Positions 1 to 9,072 of a DNA stretch of 64,000 bases are shown one piece after another. The notes below the pieces were generated by a model. It saw nothing but the letters and a program-made list of their open reading frames with translations. It did no database searches and was not told the origin of the DNA. The stretch lies in the IMG/VR virus record IMGVR_UViG_3300008255_000131; one strand, 5' to 3'. Within the stretch, counting starts at the first letter, position 1. Every line of letters starts with the position of its first letter. The DNA is from an uncultured virus (IMG/VR IMGVR_UViG_3300008255_000131). Its lineage: Duplodnaviria; Heunggongvirae; Uroviricota; Caudoviricetes. A program made the position numbers and the translations under genes.

Positions 1-1
1 A

Positions 2-754
2 GCAGGACTTGCTGTTCAAGCAAGCGACACAAGATTATCTGATTCAAGAACTCCAACAGCCCATGCAGCTTCCCATGAAAACGGAGGAAGTGATGAAATA
101 AGTGTTACAGGATTGTCAGGACTCTTGGCTGATCCTCAAACACCAGACACTCATGGATCAGAGCATGCAAGTGATGGATCAGATCCAATACCAGCAGCCA
201 CAACCTCAGTTCGAGGTACTGTTGAACTTGCAACCTCTGCCGAAACAACTGCTGGTTTGGTTGTTCAAGCAAGTGATTCAAGATTGTCAGATGCAAGAAC
301 CCCAACATCTCATGCATCTTCTCATTGGCTCGATCAAGCTGACGCTGTAAGAATTTATTCTGTAATTCAATCTACATTTATTTTGGCCACATCTGGGGTC
401 TCAACAGATTTATGGGTTCCATGGAATGGACAGGGAGAATCATCCATACGTAACAATTCTCATTTGTTTTTGTTTCCGCGAGGAGCAACGTTGAATAGGT
501 TCATAGTCTTTGCTGATCAAAACCTAAATGCATCTTGTGATATTGACGTTTATCGCTCCACGGATGGCGGAGCAACATTTACATTGGTTGATACAGACAC
601 ATCAATGGACCTATCGACAGCCTATACACCAGCAATTTCGAATTCAATTGGCTATAATTTTAGCGCATTGGACATTATGGCTGTAACTTTTAGATCGGAT
701 ACAGTTCCGGCAAGCACACAAGTTAATCTTTGTGCGGAAATAACATGGACTTAA
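2..754 (+). CDS. C-terminal part of a tail fibre/collar-like structural protein (starts before the window)
   Basis: Frame is open from base 2. It has two copies of AGL(A/V)VQASD(T/S)RLSD(S/A)RTPT(A/S)HA(A/S)SH and an ATTSVRGTVELAT motif typical of phage tail fibres. Confidence 0.6.
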   Translation, partial: AGLAVQASDTRLSDSRTPTAHAASHENGGSDEISVTGLSGLLADPQTPDTHGSEHASDGSDPIPAATTSVRGTVELATSAETTAGLVVQASDSRLSDARTPTSHASSHWLDQADAVRIYSVIQSTFILATSGVSTDLWVPWNGQGESSIRNNSHLFLFPRGATLNRFIVFADQNLNASCDIDVYRSTDGGATFTLVDTDTSMDLSTAYTPAISNSIGYNFSALDIMAVTFRSDTVPASTQVNLCAEITWT

Positions 755-789
755 AATTTCAATTCTTACAAACAAACATCCCATATTGG

Positions 790-807
790 TGATAAAATAA
801 ATGCATG
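790..807 (+). promoter_or_regulatory. Extended -10 promoter, predicted leaderless groEL transcript
   Basis: TGaTAAAAT (790-798), 6 nt, then ATG at 805; no Shine-Dalgarno. Confidence 0.5.
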
Positions 808-2472
808 GAAGTGCAGACAAACAAAAAATTATTGTTCGAAGATCATGCTCGTAAGAAAATTCTTGAAGGAGTAGAAATTCTTGCAAACGCTGTAAGAGTC
901 ACTTTAGGGCCAAGAGGAAGAAATGTTGTAATTGAAAAAATAGGAATGGCTCCACATGTCACAAAAGACGGAGTAACTGTAGCAAAATCTATTAATTTAA
1001 AAGACCAATTTCAAAACCTTGGCGCGCAAATGCTTAAAGAGGTTGCCTCTCAAACTGTCGACATTAGTGGCGATGGTACGACTACAGCGACAATCCTTGG
1101 GCATGCGATATATAAAGAAGGATTAAAATTAATTGCAGCAGGGTTCAATCCTACAGACTTAAAAAAAGGAATTGACAAAGCTGTTCCTATTATTTGCCAA
1201 TCTCTTACTTACAATAGTGAACAAGTAAAATCAAATGAAGAAATAATGAACATTGGTAGAGTTTCTGCCAACGGAGACGAAGCTGTTGGAAAAATGCTTG
1301 CTGATGCCATGGAAAAAGTTGGCCGTGACGGAGTTATTACAGTAGAAGAAGCAAAAAGCAACAAAACTACATTGGAAGTTACAGAAGGAATGCAATTTAA
1401 TAGGGGTTACGTATCTCCATTCTTTGTTACAAATTCAGAGAAACTTACAGCCAACCTTGAAAAAGAACCTTTAATTATTATTACAAATAAAAGATTTGAG
1501 CATATGAAAGATTTGCTTCCTATTCTTGAGCCAATTCATGCTACAAAAAGAAGCGTTTTACTTATTTGTGATGAAGTTGAAGGAGAAGCTCTCAATAGCT
1601 TAACCGTCAACAAAATGAGAGGAACTCTTGACATTTGCGCGATTCGCGCTCCTGAATTTGGAAATGCTCGACATGATATGCTTCAAGATATTGCGATATT
1701 GACAAATGGAAAAGTAATATCAGATGCAAGCGGAATAAAAATAACCGATGTTGATCCAAGAGATCCAAATCAACATATTCTTGGAGAAGCAGTTAAGATC
1801 ATTGTTGGAAAAGGAACAACAACAATTGTTGCAAAAAAGGAAAATAAAGAAAATATTGAAAAGAGAATTGAAGATATAAAGACGCAACTTGAAGATCCCA
1901 CATTGTCACAAAATGAAATTGATTTAATGAAAAGACGATTATCTCGTTTGGCTGGTGGTGTTGCTGTAATTCGTGTAGGAGGAGCGACAGAGGTTGAAAT
2001 GAAGGAAAGAAAAGACAGGGTTGATGATGCCTTATGTGCAACCCAGGCTGCGATTGAAGAAGGAATTGTACCTGGCGGTGGAACGGCATTAATTCATGCT
2101 TCAAAATTTGACCCTGACATTCATCCCTATATAGATATTTTTAGAAACGAAGCAGAAAAAGCCGGTGCTAGAATTGTTAGAGAAGCTTGCAAAGCTCCAT
2201 TAGTACAAATAGCAAGAAATGCTGGCTTTCCAAGTGAAGTTATTTTACATAAGATTTTGGAATCCAGCAAACAAACTGGCTGGGATGCTCTAAATGAAGA
2301 GTTTGTAAATATGATAGAACGTGGTATTATTGATCCTGTAAAGGTCACAAAAACTGCCTTGGAGAATGCAGCAAGTATTGCAGGCCTTATGCTTACAATA
2401 GAATGTGCAATAGCAGAAGAAGATCCCTCATCTATTAGAGGATTTATGGAAGAAATGAGCGTACAACAATGA
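805..2472 (+). CDS. groEL: Chaperonin GroEL (Cpn60)
   Basis: VTLGPRGRNV, TKDGVTVAK, GDGTTTAT, EGMQFNRGY, GIVPGGG and GIIDPVKV motifs; no C-terminal GGM tail. Confidence 0.97.
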   Translation: MEVQTNKKLLFEDHARKKILEGVEILANAVRVTLGPRGRNVVIEKIGMAPHVTKDGVTVAKSINLKDQFQNLGAQMLKEVASQTVDISGDGTTTATILGHAIYKEGLKLIAAGFNPTDLKKGIDKAVPIICQSLTYNSEQVKSNEEIMNIGRVSANGDEAVGKMLADAMEKVGRDGVITVEEAKSNKTTLEVTEGMQFNRGYVSPFFVTNSEKLTANLEKEPLIIITNKRFEHMKDLLPILEPIHATKRSVLLICDEVEGEALNSLTVNKMRGTLDICAIRAPEFGNARHDMLQDIAILTNGKVISDASGIKITDVDPRDPNQHILGEAVKIIVGKGTTTIVAKKENKENIEKRIEDIKTQLEDPTLSQNEIDLMKRRLSRLAGGVAVIRVGGATEVEMKERKDRVDDALCATQAAIEEGIVPGGGTALIHASKFDPDIHPYIDIFRNEAEKAGARIVREACKAPLVQIARNAGFPSEVILHKILESSKQTGWDALNEEFVNMIERGIIDPVKVTKTALENAASIAGLMLTIECAIAEEDPSSIRGFMEEMSVQQ

Positions 2473-2810
2473 AAAAAATATTAGGAATTATTATGGGAAC
2501 CTTTCTTCTACTTGGTTGTTCACCAAGTAGAAGTCAAATGCAATCAAGTATCGACGATTTATCTACGCAACTTGATGCTTCCGAAGCATCTTTGGAAGAA
2601 AAAGAAGAAGAGAGAGAAAGACAAGTTGAGATTTTATGTGCTATCGTTGGAGAATTGGTCAACGATAGGATGATTGAATATATAGGAAATAAAACATTTA
2701 GAATGCCAGATGGTTCTACAATTGTTATGGAAGAAATGGAGTCTGAATGTCTAAAAATTGTTGATTCCTATGAAAAGGTTATTATGGAAAGATTTTTAGA
2801 GTCACAATAA
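2469..2810 (+). CDS. Small lipoprotein with coiled-coil segment
   Basis: MKK-hydrophobic-LLGC lipobox; ATGA overlap with the groEL stop. Confidence 0.65.
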   Translation: MKKILGIIMGTFLLLGCSPSRSQMQSSIDDLSTQLDASEASLEEKEEERERQVEILCAIVGELVNDRMIEYIGNKTFRMPDGSTIVMEEMESECLKIVDSYEKVIMERFLESQ

Positions 2811-2819
2811 CTTAGGAAG

Positions 2820-4691
2820 ATGATATATTTTGGCATGCTTGTTAACAAGTATTCCAACAAATGCTCCGTCTGTGGAACTGTTCTAAATCCCACAGACGGT
2901 TTTGTATTTAAATCTAACGAAGAATGGTTTGGTGTTTGCAGGGGCTTGCAATGTATAAAAAAAGCATGTCCAGAAAATTTGGATGACTATAAAAAGTTCA
3001 TGGCCAATCTTCGAGAAGAAAATTTCAATGAAGAAGCAGTAAAAAGAGCAGAAGAAGCCGGTTTGTATTCATATCAAATTGATGGAGTAAAATGGATAAC
3101 TTCTCAAAAAAATTGCCTATTGGCTGACGACCCAGGTCTCGGAAAGACCTGCCAGATTCTCATGTCACTTGATTTAAAACAAGGCGCTCTCGTTGTAGCA
3201 CCTTCTCACTTGGTATTGAATTGGAAAGATGAAATAAACAGATGGCGACCAGATTTCAAATCTTACATTGTTAAGAATGGAAAAATGTTTAAGTATCCAG
3301 ACGCGGGAGAGGTTGTAATTATGACTTATGGTCTAATTCCTGATAAATTTGAATTGCCTCCCAAAAAGAGAAAAAATCCAAACATAACGGACGAAGATCG
3401 AAAGGCCATGGGCCAAACTGTTTTAATATTTGACGAAGTTCAAGCCCTGAAAAACAACAAGGCAATAAAATCAAGAAGAGCAAGGGAAATGATGAAAATT
3501 TCCTACAAGACAATAGGGGCGACAGGCACTCCAATTCTAAATAGAGAAATGGAATTATGGAACATGTGCAGGGCAATTGGCATAGAAAAAATAATATTTG
3601 AAGACTTTGCAAGGTTTCTTTATTTGTTTGGGGGCTATAGAGGAGAATATGGGTATGAATTTAACGGACCAAAAAAAGAAACTCCAAAAGTGCTAAGAAA
3701 AGCAATGCTTAGACGAAAAAGAGAAGAAGTTAATATTCAACTTCCTGATAAAATTTATATAGAAATTAAAGTTGAACTGCCAGATAAATCAAGAAGAATT
3801 TTGGACAATGCTTGGGATGTATATCGAAGCAGCAATTATTATAGCGATGATGAAATTCCTCCTTTTGAATTTTTATCGAAAGAAAAGGAAGAACTTGCAA
3901 AAAGCAAAATTGCTGTTTTAAAGCAAGTGGCCGAAGATCTTGAGTCACAAGACATAGCTCCATTGGTCTTTAGTGCGCATCTTGCGCCAATTAATGAAAT
4001 TTCAAAAAGAAAAGGATGGAAAGCAATAACAGGCGTAGGTACGACTTCCGCTCAGAAACACAAAATAAAAGACGAGTTTCAGGATGGAAAATTAAAAGGA
4101 TTAGCTTTATCAATTAAGGCAGCAGGAACAGGGTTGACTTTAACAAGAACACATGTTTCCATTTTTAATGATTTAGATTGGGTTCCTGCAAACAACGTCC
4201 AGGCTGAAGGGCGTACTGAAAGAATAGGACAGAAAAAAGAAAAGGTTATAATATATCACTTGGTTGCCGACCATCCTTTGGAGCGCCATATTCGTAAATT
4301 AATCTTTAAAAAAATGGCGCTGGCTCAGGCTGCCCTTGATATGGCAGAAGAGACGGGAGAGGCTCCTCACGAAAATGAAACTGAAGAAGATTTCAAAAAA
4401 AGAGTTGAAAGCATTCAAGCAAAAGACAGAAATTCAAGCAGAGAAGCGATCCTTAGTAGACTTGAATTTTGGCCGACAACAAATAAAAAAATTACAAAAT
4501 CAAGAGCGAAAATTCTTGAAGCCGTTTCAGACATGCTTGTTCTTTCTAGGGATGACGAGCGCATCGTTCGCTTGCTCAAATTTGCAAGACTAGAAAACCA
4601 ACCAGAACTCCAGTGCTTAGAGGCGATCTTAGCGCCTTATGAAAAAGAGTTCCCGCAGGGCTTCAAAAAAAGTTTGTTGGGGGGGGGTTGA
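2820..4691 (+). CDS. SNF2/SWI2-family (SMARCAL1-like) helicase/ATPase; start may be 2835
   Basis: LADDPGLGKT (motif I), FDEVQ (II), ATGTP (III), AAGTGLTL (V), QAEGRTERIGQ (VI); N-terminal CxxC. Confidence 0.9.
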   Translation: MIYFGMLVNKYSNKCSVCGTVLNPTDGFVFKSNEEWFGVCRGLQCIKKACPENLDDYKKFMANLREENFNEEAVKRAEEAGLYSYQIDGVKWITSQKNCLLADDPGLGKTCQILMSLDLKQGALVVAPSHLVLNWKDEINRWRPDFKSYIVKNGKMFKYPDAGEVVIMTYGLIPDKFELPPKKRKNPNITDEDRKAMGQTVLIFDEVQALKNNKAIKSRRAREMMKISYKTIGATGTPILNREMELWNMCRAIGIEKIIFEDFARFLYLFGGYRGEYGYEFNGPKKETPKVLRKAMLRRKREEVNIQLPDKIYIEIKVELPDKSRRILDNAWDVYRSSNYYSDDEIPPFEFLSKEKEELAKSKIAVLKQVAEDLESQDIAPLVFSAHLAPINEISKRKGWKAITGVGTTSAQKHKIKDEFQDGKLKGLALSIKAAGTGLTLTRTHVSIFNDLDWVPANNVQAEGRTERIGQKKEKVIIYHLVADHPLERHIRKLIFKKMALAQAALDMAEETGEAPHENETEEDFKKRVESIQAKDRNSSREAILSRLEFWPTTNKKITKSRAKILEAVSDMLVLSRDDERIVRLLKFARLENQPELQCLEAILAPYEKEFPQGFKKSLLGGG

Positions 4692-4716
4692 CTTTCCAAA
4701 AAACGAAAGGTAAAGT
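4688..4716 (+). promoter_or_regulatory. sigma70-type promoter
   Basis: TTGACT-17nt-TAAAGT, then AAGGA SD and ATG at 4754. Confidence 0.6.
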
Positions 4717-4753
4717 CCTTTTCAACACAGCCGCTATCGGCAAGGAACTAAAA

Positions 4754-5587
4754 ATGTCAAACACACTCAAAAATCTCGAACAAGATCTTGCGATCGCTAA
4801 AGGTCGCGTAACCAAACTTCAGACTGCTATCGAGGCCATTCGTGACCTAGAAGGACTGCCTGCTGTAAGCCGAACAAAGGCCAGCCCAGCCGGTGCTCGA
4901 AAAAGCATTTTTCATCCGAACGCAACAGACATTGCCGTTCTTGATACTATGCTTTCCTTTTCTGCGTCTGAAGAGACTCCACAACTCCAGATGGATTGGA
5001 TCTCCAAACAGTCTGGAATTGAAAAAGCCGAAGTTCAGCGTGGAATTAAGTGGCTAAAGAGCGCCAACTTAATTGACACCATTGGACGTGGACGAGGAAC
5101 GCACTATACTGTTCTTACTGATTCAAACAATCTCTCTGTTGTTGATGAATCATCTCTTGGAGACAATTATCGTAAACCGGGTGCTTTTACCGTAAAACAG
5201 TATGTTCGGGCGATTTTCAATGGTCTTGAACCCGCCCAGAAAGTGTCACCTGCGAAAATTCTGGGGATTGCTCAGCAACTATTTCCAGAGAGCAACCTTA
5301 CTCGTCAAAGTTTTGGCCAGGTATTCACCAAAATGTCACAGGCTGGCGAGCTTCAGTTTGAAGGAGAAGGCCGCTCACGTCAGTATTGGCGTGGAATGGA
5401 GCTTCTTGAAGATGTGGCCGATGTTCCTGAAGATTTTGACTTTGGTCAATTCTTTTCAAGTGACGAAACTTCTTTTGAGCAAGTCGAAGAAGATAATGCT
5501 GTTGAGAGTGATTCTGAAGAAAACTCAGATGATTCTGATTTTGATTCGAGCCTCGATTCAGAAGACGATTCAGAAGTTGCCGTCTAA
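4754..5587 (+). CDS. Coiled-coil + tandem winged-helix DNA-binding protein with acidic tail
   Basis: Wing motifs GRGRGTHYTV and GEGRSRQYW; D/E/S-rich C-terminus. ATG 4754 preferred because of the SD. Confidence 0.55.
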   Translation: MSNTLKNLEQDLAIAKGRVTKLQTAIEAIRDLEGLPAVSRTKASPAGARKSIFHPNATDIAVLDTMLSFSASEETPQLQMDWISKQSGIEKAEVQRGIKWLKSANLIDTIGRGRGTHYTVLTDSNNLSVVDESSLGDNYRKPGAFTVKQYVRAIFNGLEPAQKVSPAKILGIAQQLFPESNLTRQSFGQVFTKMSQAGELQFEGEGRSRQYWRGMELLEDVADVPEDFDFGQFFSSDETSFEQVEEDNAVESDSEENSDDSDFDSSLDSEDDSEVAV

Positions 5588-5601
5588 ATCATCCATCATC
5601 C

Positions 5602-5637
5602 AAAAAAAAAGGGAGCCACATGGCTCCCTTTTTTTTT
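5602..5637. terminator. Bidirectional rho-independent terminator
   Basis: A9-GGGAGCCA-ca-TGGCTCCC-T9 between convergent genes. Confidence 0.9.
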
Positions 5638-5648
5638 TATTAAGTAAT

Positions 5649-6107
5649 CTATTGTTCTTTTGAAATACTTTTAGTTTTGACGCCAGCTTCAGCAAATAAG
5701 TCTCTTGCTCGTTCAGTATCTTCTTTCCATCTTTCTGAAATCTCTTGATCTAACCAAAAACATTCTTTTATACCGGACTGAATAAGAAGTCGTGCGCACT
5801 TGCTACATGGTGGCAAAGGCCATACAAATATTGAACAGCCCTTCAGAGAGACGCCATTCATCGCTGCTTGAGCTATTGCATTCTCTTCAGCATGAACAAT
5901 AATCGGATATTTTTTGTTGCGGTCATTTAATCTTTCGTCATCAGCAATTCCTCTAGGAAATCCGTTGTATCCTGTTGAGCGGATATCTCGTTCTGGACCT
6001 ATGACAACGCACCCAACTTTTGTTGATGGATCTTTTGAGGCTGTTGAAATGTATTCTGCAAGACCTAAAAACCACTTATTCCACTTGTTTTTATTTTTAT
6101 CAATCAT
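5649..6107 (-). CDS. dCMP deaminase
   Basis: SKDPSTKVG, GYNGFPRG, HAEENA and PCSKC zinc-deaminase motifs. Confidence 0.92.
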   Translation of the reverse strand: MIDKNKNKWNKWFLGLAEYISTASKDPSTKVGCVVIGPERDIRSTGYNGFPRGIADDERLNDRNKKYPIIVHAEENAIAQAAMNGVSLKGCSIFVWPLPPCSKCARLLIQSGIKECFWLDQEISERWKEDTERARDLFAEAGVKTKSISKEQ

Positions 6108-6132
6108 ATTCTTTTCTTTCTTATGGCAAAAA

Positions 6133-6164
6133 AATAAGCAACAGTGATATCACTGTTGCTTATT
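6133..6164 (-). terminator. 32-bp perfect palindrome, probable terminator after the KTSC gene
   Basis: AATAAGCAACAGTGAT|ATCACTGTTGCTTATT, followed by a T-run on the minus strand. Confidence 0.7.
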
Positions 6165-6180
6165 GGATCTATATTAAACA

Positions 6181-6384
6181 TTAATCAAGTTTTTCAAATT
6201 TAAATTGGCCTCGAATGTTATTTTGGAAAAATCTTCCATAAGATTCTGCATTCGCAAGCTCGTTGAAAACACTCAAGGGGACATCCAAATATCGATATTT
6301 TCCGCCTGATTTAAATGTTACGTCGAGCCATGGCGAGCCATTATTTGTTTGATAGTCTACTGATTCAATTGCTGATGATTGCAT
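6181..6384 (-). CDS. KTSC-domain protein
   Basis: SSAIESVDY...LDVTFKSGGKYRYLDVP...AESYGRFF pattern. Confidence 0.88.
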   Translation of the reverse strand: MQSSAIESVDYQTNNGSPWLDVTFKSGGKYRYLDVPLSVFNELANAESYGRFFQNNIRGQFKFEKLD

Positions 6385-6562
6385 AAATTTATCCTTTTAG
6401 GGTTATGCAATTATACCACATTTTTGGTCAAATTTTAGCAATTAATCGTGACTATATGATGCATAATTTTCTAAAAGTCTCCTTAGCCACGATTTCTTTT
6501 TTAATTTTAGAAATCTTTTCATTTCTAGAAGTCGTGCTCCGTCCTTATAGTTTATTTTTTCA

Positions 6563-7291
6563 TCAAGCACAAGCTTTAATATCATAATATTCTCTTGATA
6601 TAATTTCAAAAGTTTCTTTTGAATCTTTTATTGAATGATTCTTTCCGCTTTCTTCTTTTTCAATTTTATTCGAAAGAGACAGGTCAATTTCGTTTTCACA
6701 TTGAAAAAGAACAATTTCTTTTTCTTCAAGGAAATCAAAAATTTGAGATTTGTTTTTTCCTTTTTCTCTTATTTCTACCGACACCTGATCACCTAAGGAC
6801 GCTTCAAGGTCTTTAAATTTCTTGTTGAATTTTTTTACGAAGGCTGTGCGCTCTTTTTTGCTTGCGTCCCACTCAAAATATTCCTGACGCTCTTCTGGTG
6901 TGCTGTTTAGACCAAGGGACGAGACCGCGAGAATGCCTGGCTCTTTTTTGATATGTTCTTCTTTTTTCTTTTCATATTTTGATTTTTTTACAAAGTCGTT
7001 GCACATATCAATAACTTCATCTTTCCATTCAACAGTGTCATACCTAATTCTTAGGTAAGAATTTATTTCTTCCTTGTATGATTTATAAATTGCATTTCCT
7101 GAAAAACAAAATATATATTTTGCATTCTCTAAAACCTCTAAAGGAAGGCATTCAAAAGCCTTTCCAAAACTTTGTCTTGTAACGATGCAAAATTCTTTGT
7201 CATTTGACCAAGAAAGAAATATATCTTTGGTTTCTTGGCTCATTCTTTGTTCGGAATTTAATAGTGTTTCTAGATTGAATAGATAAATCAT
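6563..7291 (-). CDS. HAD-IIB / phosphomannomutase-like protein with degenerate catalytic motif
   Basis: PMM-like segments (IFCFSGN, ERQEYFEWD..KKER, GDQVSVEI..KGKNKSQI), but motif I reads FNLETLL instead of FDxDGTL. Confidence 0.6.
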   Translation of the reverse strand: MIYLFNLETLLNSEQRMSQETKDIFLSWSNDKEFCIVTRQSFGKAFECLPLEVLENAKYIFCFSGNAIYKSYKEEINSYLRIRYDTVEWKDEVIDMCNDFVKKSKYEKKKEEHIKKEPGILAVSSLGLNSTPEERQEYFEWDASKKERTAFVKKFNKKFKDLEASLGDQVSVEIREKGKNKSQIFDFLEEKEIVLFQCENEIDLSLSNKIEKEESGKNHSIKDSKETFEIISREYYDIKACA

Positions 7292-9066
7292 CTGTGTGAC
7301 TCCATAATTCCTTTTGAAATTGTGTCAAGGCTTGATTCTTGATTTGATTCCTGTTCAAACAAAGCTCCTTCATCAAACAAAGCTCCTTCAGACACTAAAA
7401 CATGCTCTTTTTTATTAAGAATAATTTGCAAGGCTTCTGCTCGTGTATTCTTTTGCAAATCTCCCTTAGTATCATTTGCTTTGGTCTTTTTATTTTCTTC
7501 AGATACTTTGATTTTGAAAAGCCTATCACTCAAATAAGAAATGTCGCCTTGTAATTTCGATATTTCTTTAGTTTGTTTGATAAGTTCATTTGCCATTCTG
7601 CCTATATTGTTTTGAGCTTCATTTAGGTCAAATTCTAATATTTTATTATTTTGAATTAGAACTTGATTTTCTTCGGCCAACTTTTCTGTTTTTTTGGACT
7701 CTTCAGAATAACGTTCTATCATATATGCAAGTGTCTCATTATCTGATTTTTCCGCTGCTTCCACACATGGATATGAATAATCTATTGCTTTAAGCCACTC
7801 CTCAACAAATGGAACAAGCATGTGAGCGTCTTTTGGTGTTATCAATGTTTTTCCATTGCCGCTCCACAGTTCCAGAGAGTTGGAATTTCCCCATATTTCA
7901 AAAGCCATGTCTCCTTTGTCGTCTTGGTTTTCGAATGTCATATGATGAGCATCGAACTCGCTATCTTCTTCCTCTTCATCAAAATTTGTAGCAAATTCAA
8001 CCGATTCAAATAGCTGAATCGGAACCCATTCTGAATATCCTTCTTCTGATTCAATTAAGACAGTATCATCTTCATCATCATATTCTATGAATTTTAGTTT
8101 TTTCTCCTGAAAAATTTCCAGAGAACAACCAAAATATAAAATCAGTTGAATTTCTTCTTTTCCAAAAGGCTTCCATGTTGGAATGAAGCAACATTCTTCT
8201 TCAACGCATTTCTCAGTAAAAATTTTGTTGAATTCTTTGTTTTCTTTTTCGTCGTTCATGTTTTCCTTTTCTTCTTCCTTGGGTTCTGAATCTTTTTTGC
8301 CATATTCATTTTTAATATGTTCATCTAATTTTTTTTCTCTTTCAGCAACCGCTTCGGGTGACATTGCCATTTTAGAAATGTTTTCTTCATAAAAAACATG
8401 AATAGGTTGATTTGGTGAAATTTTCCATTCATCCGATCCTGCTTCTTTTTCATATTTTCCCAATCGCAAATCAGACATTCCAGAATTGGCCATCAATATT
8501 TCATTTGCTATTTCCATTTCACCGTAAATGGCAAGCATTTTTTCACATTCTTTTTCGTATGCAAGTTCTGCCTCATCATACTCTTGACCAGTAAGATCGG
8601 TTTCTGATGGATGCTTTCCAATGTCTATTCCTAAAATATCTGCAATGTCCTGTGGAAAAGACTTTGAATTTTCTCCTTTTTTTAGACCAATTTCACTAAT
8701 TTTTAAAAATGCTTTAGGGCCATTTGAAACAATGAGAGGAAAAATCTTCATTTTTCTGCCCAAGAAAACATGTTGAGGAGTTAGAATAAATGTTTTAGAG
8801 TTTGACATTTTGATATCATTTTCGATTGGAGTTTTTGGTCTCGCTGGCTTTATAAAACAAATATTATTTGAAGAATTTAATATTATTTCAACTTTTTCTC
8901 CAACATTTGGCCTTCGATATACAGACAGACAGCCTGCATGCCAATATGAATAACTTAAATCATGATAGGTTTTTAAGATTGAGTCGCCGTAATCGAAGTC
9001 AAGGAGTTCAATTCTAAAAGAATTTTCCTTGACTTCGATTACATGACCCTGTTTTAGGGTCGACAT
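7288..9066 (-). CDS. Large hypothetical multi-domain protein, acidic with C-terminal coiled coil
   Basis: 592-aa ORF; no recognised catalytic motif. Confidence 0.7.
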   Translation of the reverse strand: MSTLKQGHVIEVKENSFRIELLDFDYGDSILKTYHDLSYSYWHAGCLSVYRRPNVGEKVEIILNSSNNICFIKPARPKTPIENDIKMSNSKTFILTPQHVFLGRKMKIFPLIVSNGPKAFLKISEIGLKKGENSKSFPQDIADILGIDIGKHPSETDLTGQEYDEAELAYEKECEKMLAIYGEMEIANEILMANSGMSDLRLGKYEKEAGSDEWKISPNQPIHVFYEENISKMAMSPEAVAEREKKLDEHIKNEYGKKDSEPKEEEKENMNDEKENKEFNKIFTEKCVEEECCFIPTWKPFGKEEIQLILYFGCSLEIFQEKKLKFIEYDDEDDTVLIESEEGYSEWVPIQLFESVEFATNFDEEEEDSEFDAHHMTFENQDDKGDMAFEIWGNSNSLELWSGNGKTLITPKDAHMLVPFVEEWLKAIDYSYPCVEAAEKSDNETLAYMIERYSEESKKTEKLAEENQVLIQNNKILEFDLNEAQNNIGRMANELIKQTKEISKLQGDISYLSDRLFKIKVSEENKKTKANDTKGDLQKNTRAEALQIILNKKEHVLVSEGALFDEGALFEQESNQESSLDTISKGIMESHR

Positions 9067-9072
9067 TTTATT

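Noticed and set aside
7355..7391. 18-bp duplication (EGALFDEGALFE)
   Set aside because: A single in-frame microduplication with no further structure.
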